Assembly: GCA_034679465.1 (NCBI GenBank)
Contig: JAXDAV010000026.1
Location: 239 to 64,238 of the forward strand
Direction: 5' to 3'
Origin: Candidatus Aminicenantes bacterium
GTDB lineage: Bacteria > Acidobacteriota > Aminicenantia > Aminicenantales > Saccharicenantaceae
DNA length: 64,000 nt
The notes beneath the pieces are model-generated. The model saw nothing but the letters and a program-made list of their open reading frames with translations. It did no database searches and was not told the origin of the DNA. This document shows, piece after piece, positions 1 to 8,944 of this stretch. How positions within the stretch are numbered: position 1 is the first letter of the stretch; every line of letters starts with the position of its first letter. The translations under genes and the position numbers were made by a program.

Positions 1-44
1 TTTGACGCCTCGCATCTGCAACCGCCTCGGCTCGTGAATCCAGG

Positions 45-1097
45 CTATCTTGTCGCGTCCACGAAATAGAAATAATCGTAGGCGAAGCGGGCCATCCTCG
101 CGATGACCTCCTCGGCGTCCGCGGTATCGCCCATGAAATTCTTGGTCCAGACGGTCAAGACGAGGTGGCCTTGGCCGTCCGGAAGATAGATGATGCCGCA
201 GTCGTCGACCGTCCCGGCGATCGTCCCCGTCTTGTGGGCCACGCGCGTCCCGCGGGGGAGTCCGCCCTTGATCCGGCCGGCGCCGGTCTGGCACTTCAGC
301 ATGATCTCGAGGATGAGCTCGCACGAGGCCGGATCGATGATCTCCCGGCGGAAGATCTTGGCCAGCAAGGCGGTCATGGTCTTGGGCGTGGCTTGGTCCC
401 GGAGATCGGCGCTGAAGGCCAGGATGTCCTTTTTTCGCGCCTCCGGGGTCTTGCCGCCGCTCGCTCTCCGCGCGGCCGTGACCTCGTCGAGCGGCAGATG
501 GCCGTACCTGCCGTAGTCCATCCCCAGGTAGTCCATGATCAGCTGCTGACAGGGCCGGTTGACCGACATGCCGATGATGCCCAGGCTGGCCAGACGGGCA
601 TTGACCTTCTCCGCCCCGACCTTGGCCAGAAGCAGGTCGGTCGCCGAATTGTCGCTGATGAGCATCATCAGGTTGATGAGGTTGCGGACCGAAAGGACGA
701 TGCCCGGCGCCGTCAAGCTCGAGAGCAGTCCGCTGCCCAGATGCAGGTCGGTCTTCTCGATCCGGACCTCGTCGTCGAGCTTGAATCGTCCTTCCCGAAT
801 CTGGGACATGACCTCGACGAGGAGAGGGACTTTGAAGGCCGAGGCCATGGGGAACATCGCGTCTCCGTTGACGGCCAGCTCCCGGCCGGTCTCGATGTGC
901 AACAGGGAGACCCCGACTTCGCCCTCTTGATCCTTCATGACCTCGCGGAGCTGCTTTTCGAGTCGCCCCAGGCCGGTCGGGGGAGGAGCGTCTTGAGCCG
1001 CAGCCGCAGGTCCGGCGGCCGCAACCAGCAGGGCCAGAAGGCCCAGAAGGACGGCCGGCCCTTTACTCGTCAGGGAAAAGGATTGGATGCGAACCAT
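45..1097 (-). CDS. Exported class A beta-lactamase-fold serine hydrolase (PBP/DD-peptidase-like)
   Basis: ORF 45..1142. Start trimmed to ATG at 1097 (MVRIQSF...), preceded by AAGGAGA. Signal peptide LLGLLALLVAAAGPAAAAQ. SxxK (SAFK), SDN (ISDNSATD) and KTG (HKTGT) occur in class A order. Confidence 0.8.
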   Translation of the reverse strand: MVRIQSFSLTSKGPAVLLGLLALLVAAAGPAAAAQDAPPPTGLGRLEKQLREVMKDQEGEVGVSLLHIETGRELAVNGDAMFPMASAFKVPLLVEVMSQIREGRFKLDDEVRIEKTDLHLGSGLLSSLTAPGIVLSVRNLINLMMLISDNSATDLLLAKVGAEKVNARLASLGIIGMSVNRPCQQLIMDYLGMDYGRYGHLPLDEVTAARRASGGKTPEARKKDILAFSADLRDQATPKTMTALLAKIFRREIIDPASCELILEIMLKCQTGAGRIKGGLPRGTRVAHKTGTIAGTVDDCGIIYLPDGQGHLVLTVWTKNFMGDTADAEEVIARMARFAYDYFYFVDATR

Positions 1098-1210
1098 GGG
1101 CACTCTCCTTTTTGACAAGACACCCTGCTCCCTTCTTAACAACTCCTCGTCATAAATGCAAGACCGGGCTTGACACGGGCTTTTCGTCCCTTGACTTTCA
1201 TCTCCGCCGG

Positions 1211-2338
1211 ATGATAAAGAGCGTGGTCATGCGATCGATCACCAAACCGACGCTCGTCCTCGACGAAGGCCGGGCGCGCAGGAATATCGAGCGGATGGCC
1301 GCGCGGGCCCGGCGCCTCGGCGTCCGCTTCCGGCCCCACTTCAAGACGCACCAATCGCTCCACGTCGGCCGCCTCTTCCGCGAATACGGGGTCGAGGCGA
1401 TCACCGTCTCGTCCGTCGACATGGCGGCGTATTTCGCCGGCGACGGCTGGCGGGACATCCTCATCGCCTTTCCGCTCAACATCCTGGAGGCCGGCGAGAT
1501 CGGCCGGCTGGCGGCGCGGTGCCGGCTGGGCGTCCTGGTCGAGTCGGCGCCGGGGCTGGCGGCCCTGTCCCGGAGCGTCGCCTCGCCGCTCGACGTTTGG
1601 ATCAAGATCGACGTCGGGGCCCACCGGGCCGGGGCGGATTGGGACGACCGGGCGCTTCTCGCCGCGATCGGTCGGGAGGCGGCCCGGCATCCGGCCTTCC
1701 GCCTGCGCGGGCTCCTGACCCACAACGGCCGGACCTATTCGGCCCGGACCTACGAATCGCTCTCCCGCGTCCACGCCGACGCGATGCGGAAGATGCGCCT
1801 GGCCAAAAGGGCGATGGCGGCGGACGGGTTTCCGGACCTGGAGATCTCGGTCGGCGACACGCCCGCCTGCAGCCGGCTGGACGATTTCGCCGGGGCCGAC
1901 GAGATCCGCCCCGGCAACTTCGTGCTTCACGACGTGACCCAGCTTGAGCTCGGGACCTGCGGCGAGACGGGCATCGCCGCGGCCGTGGCTTGTCCCGTGG
2001 TTTCCACGCACCCGTCCCGGAACGAAGCCGTCATCTTCGGCGGCGCGATCCACCTGTCCAAAGAGGACTTCCGCTCGCTCCGCGACGGACGGATCTTCGG
2101 CCGGGCCTGCCGGCCGCGAGGGGAAGGGTGGGGCGCGATCCTCCCGGAAACGGCCGTGGCGGCCTTGTCGCAAGAGCATGGCGTCGTCAGGACGACCCAG
2201 GCCGGGCTCAGGCGGATCAAGGCCGGGGACGTTCTCTTCGTTCTCCCCGTGCACTCCTGCCTGACGGTCAACCTCTGGGACCGCTTCAAGAGCCTCGACG
2301 GAACAGATATCCCGACCATCAAATCTTGCTCTTTATAA
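1211..2338 (+). CDS. D-TA/DSD1-family PLP enzyme (alanine-racemase-N fold; D-serine dehydratase / D-threonine aldolase type)
   Basis: ORF 1112..2338. Likely start at ATG 1211 or 1229 (MRSITKPTLVLDE...). N-terminal RFRPHFKTHQS is the PLP-lysine motif of this family. About 370 aa, typical length. Divergent from the class A-like hydrolase. Confidence 0.7.
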   Translation: MIKSVVMRSITKPTLVLDEGRARRNIERMAARARRLGVRFRPHFKTHQSLHVGRLFREYGVEAITVSSVDMAAYFAGDGWRDILIAFPLNILEAGEIGRLAARCRLGVLVESAPGLAALSRSVASPLDVWIKIDVGAHRAGADWDDRALLAAIGREAARHPAFRLRGLLTHNGRTYSARTYESLSRVHADAMRKMRLAKRAMAADGFPDLEISVGDTPACSRLDDFAGADEIRPGNFVLHDVTQLELGTCGETGIAAAVACPVVSTHPSRNEAVIFGGAIHLSKEDFRSLRDGRIFGRACRPRGEGWGAILPETAVAALSQEHGVVRTTQAGLRRIKAGDVLFVLPVHSCLTVNLWDRFKSLDGTDIPTIKSCSL

Positions 2339-2387
2339 ATAATTTACGAGTGTAGGTCCAAATAATTTGAAGCACATAATTTTTTGC

Positions 2388-2415
2388 TTGACAAAATTCG
2401 GATATATCATATATT
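2388..2415 (+). promoter_or_regulatory. Candidate sigma70 promoter of the GntR gene/operon (TTGACA-16 nt-TATATT) with embedded GATATATC palindrome
   Basis: TTGACA at 2388-2393 and TATATT at 2410-2415, in an AT-rich island within high-GC DNA, 19 bp upstream of ATG 2434. Palindrome GATATATC at 2401-2408 could be an operator. Confidence 0.4.
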
Positions 2416-2433
2416 CTGCGGTGGAAGGCCAAT

Positions 2434-3114
2434 ATGGACTGGAGACCGTCAGCTTTTCAGGTCCCCGCGACGCTCAGCGAAACCATCTATCATTCCCTCA
2501 AAAAGGCCCTCATCGACGGCGAGATCAAGCCGGGCCAGCGGCTCCAGGAAAAAGAGATCGCGGCCCTCTACAACACCTCCTCGACCCCCGTCCGGGAGGC
2601 CTTCTTCCGCCTGGCCGCCGAGAAGTACCTGGTCATCAACGCCCGCAAGGAAGTGCTGGTTCAGGACACGACCAAGGAAGAAGTCCGCGAGCTCTATGAG
2701 ATCGTCCGGGCCCTGGACATCCTGGCCGGGCGCAAGTCGCTCGCCCGGATGGAGGACCGCGACATCCGGGCGATCGGGGAGATGACCGCGGAGCTCGGGC
2801 GCTTCCATGCGGCCGACGACCACCACCGCTACCTCGAGCAGAACCTCCGCATCCACGACCGGATCTGGAGTCAGTGCGGGAGCGTCTCGCTCTACGAGAC
2901 CCTGACCGATCTCATGGCCAAGATCGCCATCTACCGCCGCAAGACGGACTTCTCGCCCTTCGCCGATCCCCCGGCCCTGGAGAAGTCCTATCGCGACCAT
3001 CTCGAGATCTTCCGGCTCATCGAGCGCCGCGACGCGGCCGGCCTGGAAGAGCTGACCAAAGTCCACTGGGGCGAGGAATTCTCCATCGACGAGGCCGATC
3101 AGAGCGAGCGCTGA
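2434..3114 (+). CDS. GntR-family transcriptional regulator (FadR/FCD subfamily)
   Basis: N-terminal winged HTH (IYHSLKKALIDGEIKPGQRLQEKEIAALYNTSSTPVREAFFRL) followed by an all-helical C-terminal FCD-like domain. 226 aa. Confidence 0.85.
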   Translation: MDWRPSAFQVPATLSETIYHSLKKALIDGEIKPGQRLQEKEIAALYNTSSTPVREAFFRLAAEKYLVINARKEVLVQDTTKEEVRELYEIVRALDILAGRKSLARMEDRDIRAIGEMTAELGRFHAADDHHRYLEQNLRIHDRIWSQCGSVSLYETLTDLMAKIAIYRRKTDFSPFADPPALEKSYRDHLEIFRLIERRDAAGLEELTKVHWGEEFSIDEADQSER

Positions 3115-3211
3115 GCGCCCCCCTGGAGGTGAAACCAACGGACAACAGCCGCAGAGAATGAGCGATCCAGTCACCCGCGTTTCCATCGGATATCAACGAG
3201 GAGGAATGTTC

Positions 3212-6019
3212 ATGCGATCCATCAAGGCCATTAGCGCTGCTTGCCTGTTCCTCGTGGCCACGGTCCTGTCTTTCGGTCAGATGATTCCGACCGGACAGCT
3301 CGTCGGCACGGTCACGGACAGCGACAGAACGCCGCTTCCCGGCGTCAGCGTCACCATCAGCAGCCCGTCGCTGATGCTGCCGCAATTGGCTGCCGTCACC
3401 AACGAGAACGGGCTCTACCGGTTCTTTTCCCTCCCGGCCGGCTCCTATAAGGTCACCTTCGACCTCGCCGGCTTCCGGGGCGTCGTCCGCGAGGGCATCA
3501 TCCTCAGCGGTTCCCGGACCGTCACCCTCGACATCACCCTCGAGCCGGGCGGTATCGAGGAGTCCATCACCGTCATCGGGCAGTCTCCGACCGTCGACCT
3601 GAAGATGACCCAGACGGGGGCGACCTTCACCCAGGACATGATCTCGACCCTGCCCCTGGCCCGCGACCTCGCCTCCATCTTCAACTCGGCCCCCGGCATG
3701 TTCGCCCGGACCTCGCACGGCAGTGACGCCCGGTCCAACAACTTCATCGTCGACGGCGTCAAGATGCAGGACCCCGTGACGGGCGACCCGTATCAGACGG
3801 TCCCCTGGAACGCCATCGACGAGGTCGAGATCGAAACGGGCAGTCAGAAGGCCGAATACGGCGCGGTCAAGGGCGCCCTGGTCAACGTCATCACCAAGGC
3901 CGGCGGCAACACCTTCTCCGGCGGCCTCAACTTCTATTACCGGAGCAAGTCCCTCCAGTCCGACAATACGGCCGGCACCCCGTTCGAGGGGCAGTTCGTC
4001 GGCTTCCGTTACCAGTATCTGCCCGGCTTCTCGCTCGGCGGCCCGATCGTCAAGGACAAGGTCTGGTTCTTCACCAGCCTCGACGTCGACAAGTCCTCGT
4101 CCTACACGCAGGGATTCCCCGCGCCGGCCACCCCGGGCGGCCCCCAGCCCCCCTCCGCCCCGATCGGGCAAAGCACCATCGCGCCGTTCGGCAAGGTCAC
4201 CTTCCAAATCAGCGAGCGGGACAAGCTCATCGTCTCCGGCTACTGGCGCGGCTACACCTGGGACCACCGCGGCGCCAGCCGCTGGAACGTCCTGAACGCC
4301 AACACCAACGAGGACTCAGCCGTCACCATCGCCACGGCTCAGTGGACCCGGACGATGTCCAAGGACCTCCTGTTCAACCTCAAGGGCTCCTGGTACTCCC
4401 TGCACCAGTATCTGCTGGCCAACGACACCCTGTCGCCCCTGGTCGACGAGGCCACGGATAATATCAACCGCGGCGGCTGGGGCTCCGACTGGTGGTACAC
4501 CCGTCGGCGGGCCCAGATGAACAGCGACCTGACCTGGTACAAGGACAACTGGCTCGGCACGCACGAGTTCAAGGCCGGCGCCGACGCCGAGTTCTCGTTC
4601 GACGGCACCGAGTGCGCCTACTACCAGGATCCCCATTTCGAGGGCGTCTTCCCCGACGGCTTCAAGGCCGTCGACATCTATCTCTGGAACGGCGTGCCCA
4701 ACTGGGCCTGGGTCGGGACCGAGCTCAAACAGAAGAACAACCTCATCCAGGTCGGCGGCTTCATTCAGGACACCTGGTCCCCGGCCCGGCGGATGACCGT
4801 CAACCTGGGCCTCCGCCTGGACTATTCCCAGGGCAACTACCCGCCCCAAAAGAAGCGGAACTCCGACGAGTGGACCAACGAACAAACGATCCACGCCATG
4901 AGCTTCACCATGCTCTCGCCGCGGCTGGGCTTGACCTACGACCTCACCGGCGACGGCAAGACCGTCCTCAAGACGAGCTTCGGCCGCTACTACGCGCCCC
5001 TGCTCATGATCTACTACTACTTCAACAACCCCAACCAGCGGTCCTCCTTCTGGGCCCAGCTCAACCCCGACTGGTCGGTCAATTACACGACTCCGGTCTC
5101 TTCGCCGGGCACCACGACGGTCGACCCCGGCATCAGCTCGCCCTACGCCGACGAGCTCAACTTCGGCATCGAGCGCGAGCTCTTCGAGGACTTCTCCGCT
5201 TCGGCCACCTTCATCGCCAAGTGGGAGCAGAACCTGATCGACGACGTCGACCGGGCCCACCTCGATTGGGACCACTACCTGGGCACCGGCGAGCTGACCT
5301 GGACGGGCTACCATGAAGTCGTGGGCACCGACCCCTTCACCGGCAATCCCATCACCTTCTACGAAATGGACGACACCTTCGGCGACTACGGCTTCGTCTT
5401 CCAGAACGTGCCCGGCACGGCCCGCAAGTATATGGGCCTCGAGTTCAAGCTGACCAAGCGCATGTCGGACCGCTGGGCCATGCAGGCCAGCTACGTCTGG
5501 TCCCGCGGCCGCGGCATTCTCAACACCTCCCGCGACCAGAGCACGGGCTTCTCCGGCTTCTACGACGACCCGAACACTATGATCAACGCCTACGGGCGCC
5601 TCGACTACCAGCGCGAGCACCTGGTCAAGATCCAGGGCACCTGGGCCGGTCCGTGGGGCGTCAACGTCAGCGGCTACTACCAGTTCGGCAGCGGCATCCC
5701 CTACACCCGCGTCCTGCGGAGCTACGAGGCCGGCCTCGGCAGTCTCTACCAGGGCGGCGTGACCATCTTGGCCGAGCCGCGCGGCAGCCACGAGCTGCCG
5801 GACCAGCATCTGCTCGACCTCCGGCTCGAAAAGGCCTTCCGGATGGGCCGCGGCGAGATCGCCGTCCAGGCCGACGTCTACAACGCCTTCAACAACAACC
5901 GCACGACGAGCATCGGCAACGTCACGAACTACAACTGGTTCCTTGACGAGCGCGGCCAGTCCGTGTTCGGCATCATGGGACCGCGCTACTTCCAGCTGGG
6001 AGTCGTTTACAGGTTCTGA
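3212..6019 (+). CDS. TonB-dependent outer-membrane receptor with N-terminal carboxypeptidase-regulatory-like domain (Oar-type)
   Basis: ORF 3158..6019. GAGGAGG at 3198-3204 fits ATG 3212 (MRSIKAIS..., signal peptide). CarboxypepD_reg signature (GTVTDSDRTPLPGVSVTISS...NGLYRFFSLPAGSYKVTF). Plug-like NNFIVDGVKMQDP. Beta-barrel ends in the terminal aromatic ...GVVYRF. Confidence 0.8.
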   Translation: MRSIKAISAACLFLVATVLSFGQMIPTGQLVGTVTDSDRTPLPGVSVTISSPSLMLPQLAAVTNENGLYRFFSLPAGSYKVTFDLAGFRGVVREGIILSGSRTVTLDITLEPGGIEESITVIGQSPTVDLKMTQTGATFTQDMISTLPLARDLASIFNSAPGMFARTSHGSDARSNNFIVDGVKMQDPVTGDPYQTVPWNAIDEVEIETGSQKAEYGAVKGALVNVITKAGGNTFSGGLNFYYRSKSLQSDNTAGTPFEGQFVGFRYQYLPGFSLGGPIVKDKVWFFTSLDVDKSSSYTQGFPAPATPGGPQPPSAPIGQSTIAPFGKVTFQISERDKLIVSGYWRGYTWDHRGASRWNVLNANTNEDSAVTIATAQWTRTMSKDLLFNLKGSWYSLHQYLLANDTLSPLVDEATDNINRGGWGSDWWYTRRRAQMNSDLTWYKDNWLGTHEFKAGADAEFSFDGTECAYYQDPHFEGVFPDGFKAVDIYLWNGVPNWAWVGTELKQKNNLIQVGGFIQDTWSPARRMTVNLGLRLDYSQGNYPPQKKRNSDEWTNEQTIHAMSFTMLSPRLGLTYDLTGDGKTVLKTSFGRYYAPLLMIYYYFNNPNQRSSFWAQLNPDWSVNYTTPVSSPGTTTVDPGISSPYADELNFGIERELFEDFSASATFIAKWEQNLIDDVDRAHLDWDHYLGTGELTWTGYHEVVGTDPFTGNPITFYEMDDTFGDYGFVFQNVPGTARKYMGLEFKLTKRMSDRWAMQASYVWSRGRGILNTSRDQSTGFSGFYDDPNTMINAYGRLDYQREHLVKIQGTWAGPWGVNVSGYYQFGSGIPYTRVLRSYEAGLGSLYQGGVTILAEPRGSHELPDQHLLDLRLEKAFRMGRGEIAVQADVYNAFNNNRTTSIGNVTNYNWFLDERGQSVFGIMGPRYFQLGVVYRF

Positions 6020-6107
6020 CCCGCAATCTTCTTGTTCCCTGCAACGCCGGGCCGGCGCCCCTGCCTGGGGGCGCCGGCCTCGGCCATCGACCGGAAGGAG
6101 GCCCGAC

Positions 6108-7361
6108 ATGACCCCAGAGCCCGCTTCGAACGACCGGACGGACGGACGGCCCGGCCGGCGTGAATTCCTGGCCAAATCCCTGGCCGGTTTCTTCCTGCTC
6201 AACGGCTCCCTCGGCCGCCTCTTCGCCGACGACGAGCCTCCCCTCGGCGACGCCCCGGCCCCGGCCGGCGGCTTCATCATGGAGAGCGCCCCCGGCCCGG
6301 AGACGGTCCTCAACGGCAAGCGGGTCCTCTATTTCGGGGGCACCGGCTATTTCGCCCTGCACGGGCACCCGGAGGTCATCGAGGCCGGCGTCGGCGCCTT
6401 CCGCCAGTACGGCTGTCACAGCGCCACGTCGCGGACGGGCTTCGGCAACACGCCCGTCCAGCTCGAGCTGGAGCGGAAGATCGCCGAGTTCTTCGGCACC
6501 GAGGACTCGATCCATTTCGTCTCCGGTTATCTCGACAATCTCTTCCTCGTCCAGGCCCTCAAGGACAGGGTCGGGGCCATCTTCATCGACGACACGGCCC
6601 ATTTCAGCATCCGGGACGCCGTCTATTCCGCCCTCAAGCCGGTCCACACCTTCAGGCACCGCGATCCCGAGGACCTGGCCCGCCAGATCAGGGCCCGGCT
6701 CAAGGCGGGCGACGTCCCCCTGGTCATGACCGACGGCGTCTTCCCGACCTTCGGGCTCATCGCGCCCGTCCCCGAGTTCGTCAAGGTCCTTGAGCCCTAC
6801 CAGGGCTATCTCTGCATCGACGATTCTCACTCGGTCGGCGTCCTCGGTCCCAACGGCCGCGGCACCTACGAGCACTTCGGCATCAAATCCGAGCGTTGCT
6901 TCTACGCCGGGACGATGAGCAAGGCCTTCGGCGGGCACGGCGGGTTCATCCCGGCCTCCAAGGCCTTCATCGACCACATCAAGGCGACCTGCGGCGCCTA
7001 TCCCGGCGCGACGCCGAGCCCGACCCCGGCCATGGCCGCGTCGATGAAAGGGCTCGAGATCGTCCGGCGCGAGCCCCAGCGGCGCGAGCGGCTGAGGCGG
7101 AACGTCGCCCGGGTGAAGACGGGGATGAGGAAGCTCGGCTTCGAGATGAACGACAACCCCGTGCCCATCGTCACCTGGGCCCTGAAGTCCGCCGACGACA
7201 TGAAGAAGGTCCAGAAGGAGCTCTTCGACCGGGGCCTGGCCGTCGCTCTCTCGAACTATGTCGGGGCCCCCGCCGGCGGCGTCCTGCGGGCCTCCATCTT
7301 CTCCGAACACACGACCGAGCAGATCGACCGTCTGCTGGCCGAGATCAAGCGGCTGGCCTGA
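6108..7361 (+). CDS. Alpha-oxoamine synthase family PLP enzyme (AONS/KBL/SPT-like) with twin-arginine signal
   Basis: ORF 5943..7361. GGAAGGAGG RBS before ATG 6108. N-terminus GRREFLAKSLAGFFLL matches the Tat consensus. Family motifs HSATSRTGFGN, IDDSHSVGVLG and PLP-lysine GTMSKAFGGHGG. Confidence 0.75.
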   Translation: MTPEPASNDRTDGRPGRREFLAKSLAGFFLLNGSLGRLFADDEPPLGDAPAPAGGFIMESAPGPETVLNGKRVLYFGGTGYFALHGHPEVIEAGVGAFRQYGCHSATSRTGFGNTPVQLELERKIAEFFGTEDSIHFVSGYLDNLFLVQALKDRVGAIFIDDTAHFSIRDAVYSALKPVHTFRHRDPEDLARQIRARLKAGDVPLVMTDGVFPTFGLIAPVPEFVKVLEPYQGYLCIDDSHSVGVLGPNGRGTYEHFGIKSERCFYAGTMSKAFGGHGGFIPASKAFIDHIKATCGAYPGATPSPTPAMAASMKGLEIVRREPQRRERLRRNVARVKTGMRKLGFEMNDNPVPIVTWALKSADDMKKVQKELFDRGLAVALSNYVGAPAGGVLRASIFSEHTTEQIDRLLAEIKRLA

Positions 7362-7416
7362 GCCCGGCGCCGGGCATCGCTCCGTTCGGGGCGTCGGCCG
7401 CGGGAGGACGACCATC

Positions 7417-8919
7417 ATGATGAGACACTCCCGGCTTTCCCGGATGGCGGCCTTCGCCGTCCTCTGCCTCCTTGTCGTCGCGGCGGCCTGCAAGCCCGCC
7501 CCGCCCTCCGCGCCCGCCGCCGACGCGGGTCCCGGCCTCGAGGCCGTTCGCGGCCGGGTCGCGGGCCAGCTGACGGCCCGGGGCCTCGTCGGCCTCTCGG
7601 CGGCCGTCGTCCAGGACGGCCGGACCGTCCTGGCGGAGGGCTTCGGCGTCAGCTCCCTTCGGACCGGCGAACCGGTCGGCGCGGAGACGATGTTCGCCAT
7701 CGGCTCCATCACCAAGCAGTTCACCGCGGCCTGCGTCCTCCTCCTGGCCGAGGACGGGAAGCTTGCGGTCACGGACCCGGTCTCGAAATACTACCCCGGG
7801 CTGACCAGGGCCGGGGATATCACCCTGCTCGACCTGATGAACCATGTCTCCGGCTATCCCGATTACTATCCCCTCGATTTCGTCGAACGGCCCATGGCCC
7901 GGGCGACGGCCAGCGACGAGGTCATCCGCATCTTCGGGACGAGACCGCTCGATTTCGAGCCCGGGACGAGATACTCCTATTCGAACACGGGTTATCTCAT
8001 TCTCGGCCGCGTCGTCGAGAAGGTCGGCGGCGAGCCGTTCGGCGATTTCCTGGAGCGGCGGATCCTCGGGCCCCTGGGGCTGACGCACACGGCCTACGAG
8101 CCCGACCCCGAAAGCCCGGCCTGCGCCCGGGGGCACATGTCGTTCTGGCTCGGCGCGCCCGAAGCGGTGCCCCTCGAGGGCCAGGGCTGGGTCGCGGCCG
8201 CCGGAGCGCTCTTCTCCACGCCGACCGATCTCGCGGCCTGGGACCTGGCCCTCATCGGCGGCCGGGTGTTGAAGCCGGTCTCCTTCGATCTCATGACGAC
8301 GCCGCGGCGGCTCAACGACGGGACGCTCTCGAAGTACGGCTGCGGCCTGGCCCTGGGCGAGCGGGGCGGGGTGTCTTTCCTGTCCCACAGCGGGGCGGTC
8401 AACGGCTTCAACGCCCAGAACATCGTCGTTCCCTCGACCCGCTCGGCCGCCATCCTGCTCTCCAATCTATCGTCCTTCAGCGACACGAACGCCGTCTTCA
8501 GCGAACTCACGGCCCTCATCCTGCCCAAGCCGGCGGCGTCCCCCGCCGGCGCGCCGTCCGCCCAGGGCCCGGACAAGCCCCGGCCGCCGGCCCCGAAGCC
8601 CGGCCTGCCGGCCGTCGCCGGGCCTCCGGTCGCGGACGTGGTCCAGGCGTTCTTCCGGGCCCTCCAGAAGGGCCGGGTCGACCGCTCCTCGCTCGGGACG
8701 GAGTTCAACGTCTTCCTCCAGGAGAGCGTCATCGCCCCGGCCGCGGAGAGGATGCGGGGCTTCGGCGAGCCGACGGGGGTCGTGGTCGAATCGATCGGCG
8801 AGCGGGGCGGCATGGAAGTCTCGACGACCCGGCTGGAATTCCCGTCGGGCGTCCTCAAGGTCCTCCTGTACCGGACCCCGGACGGCAAGATCCAACAGCT
8901 CTTCATCCAGAAGGGCTGA
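7417..8919 (+). CDS. Lipoprotein, class C beta-lactamase-fold serine hydrolase (D-aminopeptidase/DD-peptidase/esterase type) with C-terminal beta domain
   Basis: ORF 7258..8919. Start ATG 7417 (MMRHSRLSRMAAFAVLCLLVVAAAC, lipobox). SxxK (SITK), YxN (YSNTGY), HxG (HSGAVNG). Extra C-terminal domain of about 130 aa. Confidence 0.8.
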   Translation: MMRHSRLSRMAAFAVLCLLVVAAACKPAPPSAPAADAGPGLEAVRGRVAGQLTARGLVGLSAAVVQDGRTVLAEGFGVSSLRTGEPVGAETMFAIGSITKQFTAACVLLLAEDGKLAVTDPVSKYYPGLTRAGDITLLDLMNHVSGYPDYYPLDFVERPMARATASDEVIRIFGTRPLDFEPGTRYSYSNTGYLILGRVVEKVGGEPFGDFLERRILGPLGLTHTAYEPDPESPACARGHMSFWLGAPEAVPLEGQGWVAAAGALFSTPTDLAAWDLALIGGRVLKPVSFDLMTTPRRLNDGTLSKYGCGLALGERGGVSFLSHSGAVNGFNAQNIVVPSTRSAAILLSNLSSFSDTNAVFSELTALILPKPAASPAGAPSAQGPDKPRPPAPKPGLPAVAGPPVADVVQAFFRALQKGRVDRSSLGTEFNVFLQESVIAPAAERMRGFGEPTGVVVESIGERGGMEVSTTRLEFPSGVLKVLLYRTPDGKIQQLFIQKG

Positions 8920-8944
8920 CCAAGAACCACTTGAGAGGTGCCTC

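Noticed and set aside
5943-6107. N-terminal extensions of track ORFs. Examples are 5943-6107, 7258-7416, 11821-12024, 18495-18848, 26489-26830, 31606-31725, 32653-33198, 49466-49618 (minus), 58036-58128, 62473-62604 (minus), 41789-41878 (minus) and 42858-42932 (minus).
   Set aside because: The extensions overlap upstream genes or intergenic DNA, have aberrant composition and lack RBSs. Internal ATG or GTG codons with good Shine-Dalgarno sequences, followed by signal peptides or conserved N-termini, give better starts.
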